64,000 nucleotides of DNA. Origin: an uncultured virus (IMG/VR IMGVR_UViG_3300021399_004696) (taxonomy: Duplodnaviria > Heunggongvirae > Uroviricota > Caudoviricetes). This document shows, piece after piece, positions 9,652 through 19,137 of the stretch (its first letter is position 1; the number at the start of each line of letters is the position of its first letter). The stretch is taken from IMG/VR virus record IMGVR_UViG_3300021399_004696, one strand, 5' to 3'. The position numbers were made by a program, and so were the translations under genes. The notes under the pieces are model-generated. The model was not told where the DNA came from. It searched no databases and worked only from the letters and a program-made list of their open reading frames with translations.

Positions 9652-11340
9652 ATGGCATATAACGGTAGAGGAGTAAACTGGTACGATACAGCAACAGGGT
9701 TTGCTGAAACTCAGGGGCAAAAGGGGCTTTCTTTTGGTAATATGGCGAATCATACGACTGGTATGGCCAGTTCTATACTTAGGACAGGCGGGGGCACTGA
9801 AGGTACGCAAGCGTTGGAGCAGGCAACCGCTACGGCAATAACAGCGGCAGGAACCGCATTATTGGTTACAATGATGCTTCGTCAGCATCTTATTCAAAAT
9901 ACGATCAGAGATCTGAGTACGGCGCGAGCTCTTGGCGGTCTTATGGGGATTGGGCCTTTGCGCATGATCGCTCGTATGAATGACGACGCTCCGGTTTCAT
10001 ACGATATAGGTGGATGTATTTCAGGCGTGAACGGAACTAACGAAGGCCCTCGTGTATTGGAACAGGAATTCAAAGTCGATTTTTCTGATGAATCCAAAGA
10101 GATCAATATTGAAACGGAGCAGGCTAACGCTTTAGGTAAAGTTCAAAGTGCATTCGAAAAAGAGTGGAATGAGAGATTTGCGGATAATCTTGATGATCCT
10201 GCTTTAGGTGTGGGCGGGCAGCTTAACGTGGCACCTAAGGTGTCTTTCAATGCACACTATTCGGAGAAAACCAAAACAATATACATTGATGCGATTGTAA
10301 ACGATAAAGGAAACCGGGCAGAGATTGCAAGAGAGATATTGAATAAGCAGGGGTTTAATGCTTTTCAGCGTGATGTTTCAGAAGTAGGTAATGGCGGAGT
10401 TTCAAAAGAGAGTCTGGAAGCTCTGGCTGAAGAGATCAAAGACGGCCTGAAACATGATGCACTGACAAAGCATAAGAAAGACAACCCTTATAGTATAGGT
10501 ATTGACTATGATAAGGAGACCGGGACCGGTTGTGTTAAGGTCGGGTGTTGTGCAAAGAGATCTGCAAATATTTACAGTCATATCAGCCGTTATTTCCGCA
10601 TAAATAAAAGCGGTGAGTTTAAACACGGTAAAATGGACATGGAAGAGTTTACTAAGGCATGTCAGTTAAACGGCGAGGAAATGAGGACTGTATATATAAC
10701 AACAAATCCTGATACGCATTTCCGTTGGGTAGAAAAAAACAGCGACGGTAAAGATTATTACATGGGGCCGGTTTCCGGACGTAACGGTAATGTTGAAACA
10801 TTGCTTGAGAAAATGGTAGGCATGAATGTTCGTAATGGTCGAATTATGAGCTATGCGGTTGACGGTTTTAAAACAGTAAATGGTGAAGACGTTCTTGCAA
10901 TTAAGTGCGGAGCCAGATTCCAAGCAGATTTTGAAGATATCGCCCGTAGGATCAAATTTGGAGAGAACAGCTTCACTTATGACCCTCAAGCGAAAGAAGA
11001 AGAGGTATTTATCGACGGCAATGGTATTGAAATCGTCTATACCAGTGCTGCTTTGGATAAATTCCGTGAGATTGTAGGCCGTGATCCTGACGAAGAAGAA
11101 ATGCAAGCTATTAAAAATGCGATTGACGGTATCGACGACGATCTGCCTACTAGCGCAGATACTTTTATAGACGCTAAAACAGGTGAAGTAACTCGGGTAA
11201 AAGACCTTACGGCTAAAGCGATCCAAAAAATGGGTGGTTTGGACGTGGTTAAAGGTAAAGCTATAACAGAAAGGGCCGAGGATATGCCGAATCAGAATGT
11301 TTGGGATCGGGATGGTTTAGACGACAGTGAAGGCCTTTGA
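9652..11340 (+). CDS. hypothetical protein (conjugation region)
   Basis: 562-aa ORF with GGAGG RBS. Confidence 0.8.
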   Translation: MAYNGRGVNWYDTATGFAETQGQKGLSFGNMANHTTGMASSILRTGGGTEGTQALEQATATAITAAGTALLVTMMLRQHLIQNTIRDLSTARALGGLMGIGPLRMIARMNDDAPVSYDIGGCISGVNGTNEGPRVLEQEFKVDFSDESKEINIETEQANALGKVQSAFEKEWNERFADNLDDPALGVGGQLNVAPKVSFNAHYSEKTKTIYIDAIVNDKGNRAEIAREILNKQGFNAFQRDVSEVGNGGVSKESLEALAEEIKDGLKHDALTKHKKDNPYSIGIDYDKETGTGCVKVGCCAKRSANIYSHISRYFRINKSGEFKHGKMDMEEFTKACQLNGEEMRTVYITTNPDTHFRWVEKNSDGKDYYMGPVSGRNGNVETLLEKMVGMNVRNGRIMSYAVDGFKTVNGEDVLAIKCGARFQADFEDIARRIKFGENSFTYDPQAKEEEVFIDGNGIEIVYTSAALDKFREIVGRDPDEEEMQAIKNAIDGIDDDLPTSADTFIDAKTGEVTRVKDLTAKAIQKMGGLDVVKGKAITERAEDMPNQNVWDRDGLDDSEGL

Positions 11341-12146
11341 TAAATCTACAGAAAGGAGACCCATTTTATATGGACAGAAGTAAATTGACTTGCGCAGATG
11401 CCAACATTGCGGATAAGATCGAACTTATTGTCGAGGGGCACGAAGATGTTGTGCCTATAGTGTATAAGCTTTATAAGGACTATATCACTAAGAATGAGTC
11501 GAGGCTCTGCAAGGCGGATCTGGAAAAGGCTCCGTTTGCCGTAGCAGGCAGAAACGATAAACTCTTATGTTTTGTTGTTCCTTCTAATAAAGAGATGGCT
11601 TTAAGTGAAGCTCTTATCGGGTACGGCATCGAGTTTATCGAAGCTTTTGCGCAGTATGACGGCGATTTTACCGTTTTTGTCGTAGCAGAAGAAAAGGCAA
11701 CTGAAAGGGTTATGCTGGAAAAAGGCATAGAAAAACCTTTTTATTGTTACGTTACCTGCTATGATATCGGGTTGAGTGAAGAAGAAAGTGTAAGCGCGGG
11801 GATTATTCGTGGGGTGGGCTTGGACGGCGTGTACACTGAAGAAAAACTCATGGAAGAAATAGCAGCAGTTGCTGCGTCTAATATGAAGTTCCTGGAAAGT
11901 CTTCCTCCGGAGCGTTTAGCGGTCATAAGCAGGGAATATAACACGCCTGAAAAACTTGATCGAGATTTTGAATCTCAGAAGTTTGAGGAGACGATAGCAA
12001 AGACTCCCGAAGGCGAGAAGTTGATCGAGGACGCTGATGACTATTATGCCAAGATGGTGGCAGAGCTCAAGAATCAAAGGCTTAGTAATCTGCATTCGGT
12101 ACAGCCCGTACGCAGAAGCCAGAATATCGGAGGTAGTCCTGCGTGA
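11337..12146 (+). CDS. hypothetical protein
   Basis: 269-aa ORF overlapping the previous stop. Confidence 0.75.
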   Translation: MINLQKGDPFYMDRSKLTCADANIADKIELIVEGHEDVVPIVYKLYKDYITKNESRLCKADLEKAPFAVAGRNDKLLCFVVPSNKEMALSEALIGYGIEFIEAFAQYDGDFTVFVVAEEKATERVMLEKGIEKPFYCYVTCYDIGLSEEESVSAGIIRGVGLDGVYTEEKLMEEIAAVAASNMKFLESLPPERLAVISREYNTPEKLDRDFESQKFEETIAKTPEGEKLIEDADDYYAKMVAELKNQRLSNLHSVQPVRRSQNIGGSPA

Positions 12147-12427
12147 ATATAAAGGCACACAAATCGCTTTCAAGGCTGTTTTTTATTCTCGGGGCTTTGG
12201 GAGGCGCAACAATAATGTTTTACAGCGGGGTCCGTTACGGCCCCGTTTTTGACCAATATGGAATGCTTCAGGGTATAAAACATATAACAGAAGGTGTTTT
12301 TGGTTGGGGTAATTATAAATACGGATTGTGGTTCGTCATCATATACATGATCGTCGGGCTTGCGATGTGGACAATAAGGCCTCAACTCCCTGAACATTAT
12401 TATTGCGAAAAGAAGGAGGTGGCATAA
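12143..12427 (+). CDS. small two-TM membrane protein, resembling the VirD4 N-terminal membrane segment
   Basis: Two hydrophobic segments; coupled to virD4. Confidence 0.65.
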   Translation: MNIKAHKSLSRLFFILGALGGATIMFYSGVRYGPVFDQYGMLQGIKHITEGVFGWGNYKYGLWFVIIYMIVGLAMWTIRPQLPEHYYCEKKEVA

Positions 12428-14314
12428 TTGATCGTACCTGATGCGAACGCTAAAAAGAAAAAGGCTTTTATCTTTTTTGGTATTTGCGCGGTCTTCACGT
12501 TCTTGTATGGAATCTTTGCAGGCCCTGCTATAACCGAACGGGGTATAATGGCATTAGGGGAAGGTTGGGATGCCTTATCTTTTAAGTGGTCGACCTTTAC
12601 GGATTTCCAAAACTGGAAGTGGGGCGCCATCCTTACAACACTCTTCCTCTTTGTAGCATTTATCTGGATTGAAAAGCAGGGCAACTTCCGTTTCGGCGAG
12701 GAGTATGGTACTGCGAAGTGGGCTAATCCTAAAAAGCTTGCCAAGAAGTACGGGGATGTTAAGCATTTTGAGGCAAATAAGCTGTATTCCGAAAATTTTT
12801 ACCTGTCGTATGATAACGAGAAAACGGAAAGAAACGCCAACGCTCTGATAATCGGAGGTTCCGGCGCTGGTAAAACCTTCAGATATGCTATGCCGAATCT
12901 GCTCCAGTGTTCTACTACTTTCGTAGACATTGACCCTAAAGGTGAGCATTTGGCTAAATCAGGCAACAGATTGGTTAAATTGGGTTATGATATCAAAGTT
13001 CTTAATCTGATCCAGTTAAATGAGAGTGATAGCTATAACCCGTTTAAATACATACGTGAGACCGAGGTTGAGCGTGATATTGAAATGATGGTAGACACTA
13101 TCTTTACTGCTTCAACAGATGGTCGTGGTAAAAGTCAGGACCCCTTCTGGGATGACTCGGCTAAGAATGTTATTCTAGCCCTTTTGTATTATGTATATTA
13201 TGAGTACCCTAAGAGCAGGCAGCACTTTGGTTCTGTTATGGATCTTAAGCGAAAGTGTAACATTAAAAACCAGATGGGGTCTTGTGACTTTGACCGCATG
13301 ATCGACGAGTTGGCTAAGAAGAAGCCTGATTCGCTTGCTGTTAAGTATTGGGGTGAGTATAAGGGCAACGATGTTAAGGTAAAAAGGGATATCTTGGCGG
13401 TTGTATCGTCAAAACTTTTGAAGTTTAACAACCCCGCTCTTGTAAACATGACCCGATTCGACGATATGGATTTTGATTCGTTGGGGGAGAGGAAGAGAGT
13501 CCTGTTTATTGTTATTTCCGATACCGACACATCAATGAACTTTATTGTCTCAATGCTTTATACCCAGCTGTTCCAGAGATTATTTAACGTAGCAGACTTT
13601 AAGTATAGAGGTGCGTTACCCGTACATGTACACATCCTTATGGATGAGTTTGCGAACATTAAGTTACCGGATGACTTTGATAAAGTGCTTGCTACAATGC
13701 GTTCCCGTAACGTTTCGGCAAGTATTATCATTCAGAACCTTGCTCAGATCAAGAACATCTATGAAAAACAGTGGGAAGGTATGGTAGGTAACTGTGATGT
13801 TATGATGTATCTGGGCGGTAACGAATACGGTACTGCTGAGTATGTTTCTAAACTTTTAGGTAAATATACTCTTGATACCAAGAGTTGGAATTTTAACACG
13901 AGCATGATGGGTGGCGGTGGCAGCTCAGGCGGTCAGAAGAGCCAGATTGCCCGTGAGCTTCTGTCTCCTGATGAGATCCGTAAAATGCCAAATGATCAGG
14001 CAATCGTCTTGATCCGTGGTGAAGATCCTATGCTGGACTATAAACTTAATCCGCTTAAGCTGGAGACACGTAAATATTCAGTATATGACAAGGTTGAAGG
14101 TGCTAAGTATATCAGGGTCGTTAAAGATATGTTTGAGTATGATGATGAAGTAATGGAAAATCTTGACCCCAGTAACTTTGATTATACAAAAGCCGAGGAG
14201 CTTGATATGCGAGGGTATTATTTCAAGACCAGCGATGAGATCAAAGCCGCCGCGGTAGATCTGAATAAAGCAGACCCCAGAAGGCATCAGCATCACAAAG
14301 CATATACCGTATAA
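12428..14314 (+). CDS. virD4: type IV coupling protein, VirD4/TraG family
   Basis: EYGTAKW, Walker A GGSGAGKT, DPKGE, MDEFAN; two N-terminal TMs; AAGGAGG RBS with TTG start. Confidence 0.95.
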   Translation: MIVPDANAKKKKAFIFFGICAVFTFLYGIFAGPAITERGIMALGEGWDALSFKWSTFTDFQNWKWGAILTTLFLFVAFIWIEKQGNFRFGEEYGTAKWANPKKLAKKYGDVKHFEANKLYSENFYLSYDNEKTERNANALIIGGSGAGKTFRYAMPNLLQCSTTFVDIDPKGEHLAKSGNRLVKLGYDIKVLNLIQLNESDSYNPFKYIRETEVERDIEMMVDTIFTASTDGRGKSQDPFWDDSAKNVILALLYYVYYEYPKSRQHFGSVMDLKRKCNIKNQMGSCDFDRMIDELAKKKPDSLAVKYWGEYKGNDVKVKRDILAVVSSKLLKFNNPALVNMTRFDDMDFDSLGERKRVLFIVISDTDTSMNFIVSMLYTQLFQRLFNVADFKYRGALPVHVHILMDEFANIKLPDDFDKVLATMRSRNVSASIIIQNLAQIKNIYEKQWEGMVGNCDVMMYLGGNEYGTAEYVSKLLGKYTLDTKSWNFNTSMMGGGGSSGGQKSQIARELLSPDEIRKMPNDQAIVLIRGEDPMLDYKLNPLKLETRKYSVYDKVEGAKYIRVVKDMFEYDDEVMENLDPSNFDYTKAEELDMRGYYFKTSDEIKAAAVDLNKADPRRHQHHKAYTV

Positions 14315-14458
14315 CACATTTTGAAGAAAAATCAAGATGTAACACCGGAAAACAGATTTTTATTTTAGTGAAACTAAAATGAAGATAGGTAGTATTCTGT
14401 AGGTTTTACGTACAGAAAGGAAACATAAAACAATAATAGATGAAGGAGCGTTAGTATT

Positions 14459-14803
14459 ATGGGACTTATCGGAGCTAAAATTAACATGGCGGCGCTGGCA
14501 ATCATGAATATCAAGCCTATTAAGGTTTTGTTGGACACTGCTTCCGGAGGCGGTAGTGTATCTTCTGATGATATTACATCCCCTATGGCGAAGTTGATCA
14601 GTCTTGTCTTTACGATCTTCCAGGTCGGCGGTGTAATTATGATCGCATTCGGCGTATTCAATTTCGTTTCTAACATGGATGGACACGATACTTCAGTAAA
14701 GATCAGATCGGCTTTGATGATCGGTGGTGGAATCCTGCTTTGCCTTATCAAGCTTGTTATCAAGTCTCTCGGTATCAGTGGTATCGATAATCTTATTACT
14801 TAA
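14459..14803 (+). CDS. VirB2/pilin-like membrane protein
   Basis: Two TM helices flanking MDGHD; positioned after virD4. Confidence 0.7.
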   Translation: MGLIGAKINMAALAIMNIKPIKVLLDTASGGGSVSSDDITSPMAKLISLVFTIFQVGGVIMIAFGVFNFVSNMDGHDTSVKIRSALMIGGGILLCLIKLVIKSLGISGIDNLIT

Positions 14804-14884
14804 GATTCAACGTCGCGGTATTGTAGAACAATGTAGTAAAGTGGCCCGTCATAACAAAGTGGCGGGCCGTTTTGCAAAAGAGAG

Positions 14885-15142
14885 GTGCTTATTATGAAAA
14901 TGCTGTTAGAGGTAGATATATCAGGCATAACTGATCCTATTGTTCATTTATGTAATGACTTCTTAGTCGTTTTTGTCGGCTTGGGAGTTATTTTGATGAT
15001 TTTTGGTATTTTCACTTTAGTAACGACCATGGATGGTCACGATAACGCCCAGAAGCTCAGGTCGATCCTTATGTTTGCGGCCGGGATCTTGTTGGCGTCT
15101 TCGAAAGCGGTGTTAATAGCTATTACTAATATAGCTCTTTAA
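14885..15142 (+). CDS. VirB2/pilin-like membrane protein (paralog)
   Basis: Same TM-MDGHD-KxRS-TM pattern. Confidence 0.7.
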   Translation: MLIMKMLLEVDISGITDPIVHLCNDFLVVFVGLGVILMIFGIFTLVTTMDGHDNAQKLRSILMFAAGILLASSKAVLIAITNIAL

Positions 15143-15168
15143 ATATAGAAGGGAAGGAGGCAAGGTCA

Positions 15169-16215
15169 ATGGATAAGATCTTAGAGTGGTTATTTGGAGA
15201 TCTTTTATTCCAAGTTGGGCAAGGAATTGAATCCGGCGGATTGTTTTTCTGGCACGCCTTAAGAAGTTTAGGCAGTTTAATTTGGGACTGGCTTATTAGC
15301 AATGTTATTGGTTCTTCCATGTCGGGCCAACAATTTAATTTAGGCGCAACAATGATTCAAATTGCGGGCTATTTAGCACTGTTTTTTGTTATCTACGGCT
15401 TTGTAATAGAGAACTTGGATTTTCATACTTATGATGGCTGGGATAGAGTTATCCGGCTGCTTATTCGTTGCGCAATAATTATACCGTTAACCAACAGGGC
15501 ATATATAATTGCTGAGTATATAGGATCAGCTACCACGGCTTTTAAATCTATGATCATGTCGGAAGTATACCAAGGAGTTTCCGGGACAGGAACAATATTT
15601 ACCTCGACAGACGGTACTGAGACTACTACAAACTTTTTCAATATGTATGTAATGCCGTCTTTTGATCGAATTTGTAACGATGAGATGTGGGATTCATTAA
15701 GTAGTCTTGAAGATAGTTTTGGAGCACGACTTGGAGGGTTTGCTCTCGGCGGGCCACTCGTAGCTTTGTTTTTATCGGCAATAGTAAGAATTATTGTATC
15801 AGTCTTTGTTGTTATTGTCGGTGTAATGATTGTAAAAAAAGTATTAGAAATAGCACAGATTGCATTAATCCCGGTCATTGAATTTAAGATCCTGTACTTT
15901 TTTGCACCTGTTGCTATAGCTTTTTATGGATCTCATGCTACACAGCATGTCGGTCAGTCTTATTTAAGAAATTTATTAGTTGTTGGTATGGAAAATGCCA
16001 TTCGACTTTTGATTTTAGTAACTGTTTACACTAAATTGGGGTGGATCTGGAGTTCATTTTCAGCCATATTCACCTCTTGGCACGCAGGAGTAGACGGAAA
16101 CAGTTTAGGGTTTGAAGTTACGATAGGTACTGTTTTATTAGTATTTATTAAGCTCTCGTTGGTTAAAACACTGTTTGAACGTACTAATTCCATCTCAGCT
16201 AAAGTGTTTAATTAA
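15169..16215 (+). CDS. VirB6-like polytopic membrane protein
   Basis: Multiple TMs; FFAPVAIAF...GQSYLR pattern; synteny. Confidence 0.75.
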   Translation: MDKILEWLFGDLLFQVGQGIESGGLFFWHALRSLGSLIWDWLISNVIGSSMSGQQFNLGATMIQIAGYLALFFVIYGFVIENLDFHTYDGWDRVIRLLIRCAIIIPLTNRAYIIAEYIGSATTAFKSMIMSEVYQGVSGTGTIFTSTDGTETTTNFFNMYVMPSFDRICNDEMWDSLSSLEDSFGARLGGFALGGPLVALFLSAIVRIIVSVFVVIVGVMIVKKVLEIAQIALIPVIEFKILYFFAPVAIAFYGSHATQHVGQSYLRNLLVVGMENAIRLLILVTVYTKLGWIWSSFSAIFTSWHAGVDGNSLGFEVTIGTVLLVFIKLSLVKTLFERTNSISAKVFN

Positions 16216-16240
16216 CATCAGACAAGGAGGGAGCTTGCTT

Positions 16241-16582
16241 ATGATGGTCAATGTTAATAAAGAAATAACTAATTACAAGGAAAACTTTTTCAGAGGCCTT
16301 ACTAAGCGGCAGACATTTGCAATGTTTGGTGTAGTGCTGGTTTTTATAATCTGCTACTACATCAACGTTACTTATGTCGGTGGCGAGATAGCAATGCCTA
16401 TCGGGTATTTCTTTGTAGCACTTATAGGTGTTATCGGGTTTTATAAGAAAGATGGCGTAAACGGGGAAGAGCTTTTGTTGCTTGTTTTACGTTATATGAG
16501 AGAGCCCAAAGAGATTGACGCCCAGTGTGAAGAATTCCCCACAAAACTGGTTGAGAACACTAAACCGGGTAAAAAGAAGTGA
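16241..16582 (+). CDS. prgI: PrgI family protein
   Basis: VNKEITNYKENFFRGLTKRQ; two TMs; directly upstream of virB4. Confidence 0.85.
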   Translation: MMVNVNKEITNYKENFFRGLTKRQTFAMFGVVLVFIICYYINVTYVGGEIAMPIGYFFVALIGVIGFYKKDGVNGEELLLLVLRYMREPKEIDAQCEEFPTKLVENTKPGKKK

Positions 16583-16619
16583 GATGTAGTTTATTTATAT
16601 ATGAGAGGAGCAGCAGACA

Positions 16620-19091
16620 ATGGCTAAAGTAAAAGAAAAAATAGAACAGCTTTCAAAATTCTTGACCTTCCCTAAGAAGTGTCAGGATTTTATTCATGTT
16701 CAGACTATAGACATCAACACAGGTATTTTTTATCACGGGGATAACGTTTATACGAAGCAGTACACGTTTGACGATGTGAACTTTGAGACGCTTTCAGAAG
16801 CGGATAAGGAAGACATTGTATTAAAGTACAGTGCGTTTATTAACGCTTTCGCGACTGGCGGTGAGTTCAAGGTTACTCTTAATAACCGTAGGATCGATTC
16901 AGAAACGTTCGGTAATGCTTGTGCGCTGAGGAATAACAAGGATGAGTTTCAGCCGTTAAGAGATGAATATAACGGCATTATCAAAGAGAAGGTTGTTAAT
17001 TCTGACGGATTGGACACACAGCTGATCCTGACACTTAGGGTAGAGGCCGAAAATTTTGCAGATGCCGAAAGTCAGTTTCAGCAGATGGAATATGTCGCCG
17101 AACAGCGTTTAGGGGATATAGAGTCTAATCTCGTTAGTGTATCCGCGAAAGAGAGACTTCGCATCCTTTATTCATTCTATCATCGTGGCGAAGAGTGGTT
17201 CTTTGATGATCATATTCTTACTGACGACGATGGCAAGCCTGTATATAATAAGCGTACCGGCCGTATTGTACGTACAGGCGGTTTTGATCTTAACGAAAAG
17301 CAGTTTGGTCTTTACACGTTCAAGGATTTTAAGACGTTCATAGCTCCTAACAGCATGACGATCAGGCCTACATATATTGTTTTGGAAGGAAATTCTGAAG
17401 CAGAGGCAAAATATGCCAGGGTTTTGTATGTAAAGGACTATTCAGCGTATGTTAGTGATAATGCTTTGTACGCAGCTTTGGATATTCCGGCTTCTACTTG
17501 CATGAGTATCGATGTTAAGATCATCAATCCTGCAGAGGCTATGAAGATCGTTGAGAAGAAGCTTGATGCCATAGAGATGAACATTACTAAGTGGCAGCTT
17601 TCTCAGAACAAATCCCAAAATTTTTCAGCTGAGATTCCGTATAAGATGCGTAATCAGAAGAATGAGGTAGAAGCATTTATGGAAGATCTCAACGAAAGAG
17701 ATCAGTGCATGTGCGAGACTTGTATAACAGTATTCCTGCTTGCAGACAGCCTCGAAGAGCTTGAAAGCGAAACACAGCTTATTACCAAAAACGCTAAAAG
17801 AGGCGGTATGGAGTTGGCTTTACCGAAATTCCAGCAGATCGAAGCATTTAATACCGCTATTCCTCTCGGAATTAACGAGATGAGGCATAAGAGGACTCTT
17901 ACTACAGAGAGCCTTGCTATCCAGATGCCTTTCAAAACGCAGAACATCATGCACGATGGCGGCCTTTATTACGGAGTTAATCCTTTATCCAAAAAGATCA
18001 TCTCGGTAAATAGATACAAGCTTCCTAACTTTAATAGCTTTATTTTGGGTATGTCTGGTTCAGGTAAGTCCACCTTTGCTAAGCTTGAGATCTTGTCAAC
18101 GGCTCTGCAGGGCGAAACGGATATTATCATTATCGATCCTGAGCGTGAGTATTCGCCGGTTGTTAAAAAGATCGGGGGGGAGGTTATAAGGCTGTCCTCG
18201 GTCGGTGATGTACACATCAATGCTATGGAATGTAGTGCAGAGTACGGTGAGAGGGAAGACGGCTCGTATGCAAACCCTGTCAGTGCCAAGTCTGAGTTTA
18301 TCCTCAGCTTGTTGGCTAAGATCAACGGCGCTCCTTTAGGGCCTGATGAGAAGTCGATCGTTGACCGTGTTATGCGTAAGATCTTCAAAAATTATGAGCG
18401 TAAGCGTTTTAACAATGAAAAAGCAGTCAGCCCGACTTTGGCAGATCTGAGAGAAGAGCTGGAGAAACAGAAAGAAGATGCCGCACACAGGATTGCGACA
18501 GCATTGGAGATCTTTACAGAAGGTTCGTTGAATCTGTTCGGCCAGCAGAATAATGTCGATATTCACAACCGTATAGTTTGTTATGATATGTACGATCTCG
18601 GATCTCAGCTTAAGCCTCTTGCAATGCTGGTTACTCTTGATAATATCCAGAACAGGATTGCTGAGAACAGAGCTAAAGGTAAAAACACTGCTATTTATAT
18701 TGACGAGCTTTACCTTATGTTCCAGGATGAAGGTTCTTCAGAGTTCCTGATGAACCTTTGGAAGAGGGTTCGTAAGTATAATGCATATATGGTAGGTATT
18801 ACACAGAATATTGCCGATATCATGCGATCAGTTGAGGCAAAGAACATGCTTGGTAACAGTTCGTTCTTGGTATTGTTGGGGCAGTCTGATGAAGATTTCC
18901 CTCAGATCAGAGATCTGTTAGGTTTGTCAGAGAGACAGACTCCTTATATACACCATTCTAAGAAGGGCGAAGGGCTTCTTAAGGTTGGATCTACTGTTAT
19001 CCCGTTTGAGAATGTTCTTTCCAATAAAGGTCAGATATACGAGTTGGTAACAACAGACGAAAAGAATAAAGATAGAGCGCTTGATGATTAA
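16620..19091 (+). CDS. virB4: VirB4-like conjugative ATPase
   Basis: GMSGSGKS, IDPEREY, IDELY, KRVRKY, ITQN. Confidence 0.95.
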   Translation: MAKVKEKIEQLSKFLTFPKKCQDFIHVQTIDINTGIFYHGDNVYTKQYTFDDVNFETLSEADKEDIVLKYSAFINAFATGGEFKVTLNNRRIDSETFGNACALRNNKDEFQPLRDEYNGIIKEKVVNSDGLDTQLILTLRVEAENFADAESQFQQMEYVAEQRLGDIESNLVSVSAKERLRILYSFYHRGEEWFFDDHILTDDDGKPVYNKRTGRIVRTGGFDLNEKQFGLYTFKDFKTFIAPNSMTIRPTYIVLEGNSEAEAKYARVLYVKDYSAYVSDNALYAALDIPASTCMSIDVKIINPAEAMKIVEKKLDAIEMNITKWQLSQNKSQNFSAEIPYKMRNQKNEVEAFMEDLNERDQCMCETCITVFLLADSLEELESETQLITKNAKRGGMELALPKFQQIEAFNTAIPLGINEMRHKRTLTTESLAIQMPFKTQNIMHDGGLYYGVNPLSKKIISVNRYKLPNFNSFILGMSGSGKSTFAKLEILSTALQGETDIIIIDPEREYSPVVKKIGGEVIRLSSVGDVHINAMECSAEYGEREDGSYANPVSAKSEFILSLLAKINGAPLGPDEKSIVDRVMRKIFKNYERKRFNNEKAVSPTLADLREELEKQKEDAAHRIATALEIFTEGSLNLFGQQNNVDIHNRIVCYDMYDLGSQLKPLAMLVTLDNIQNRIAENRAKGKNTAIYIDELYLMFQDEGSSEFLMNLWKRVRKYNAYMVGITQNIADIMRSVEAKNMLGNSSFLVLLGQSDEDFPQIRDLLGLSERQTPYIHHSKKGEGLLKVGSTVIPFENVLSNKGQIYELVTTDEKNKDRALDD

Positions 19092-19137
19092 CAGGGGGTA
19101 ACACCCCTGTAAAATCATTTTTAGCAGAGGTAACAAT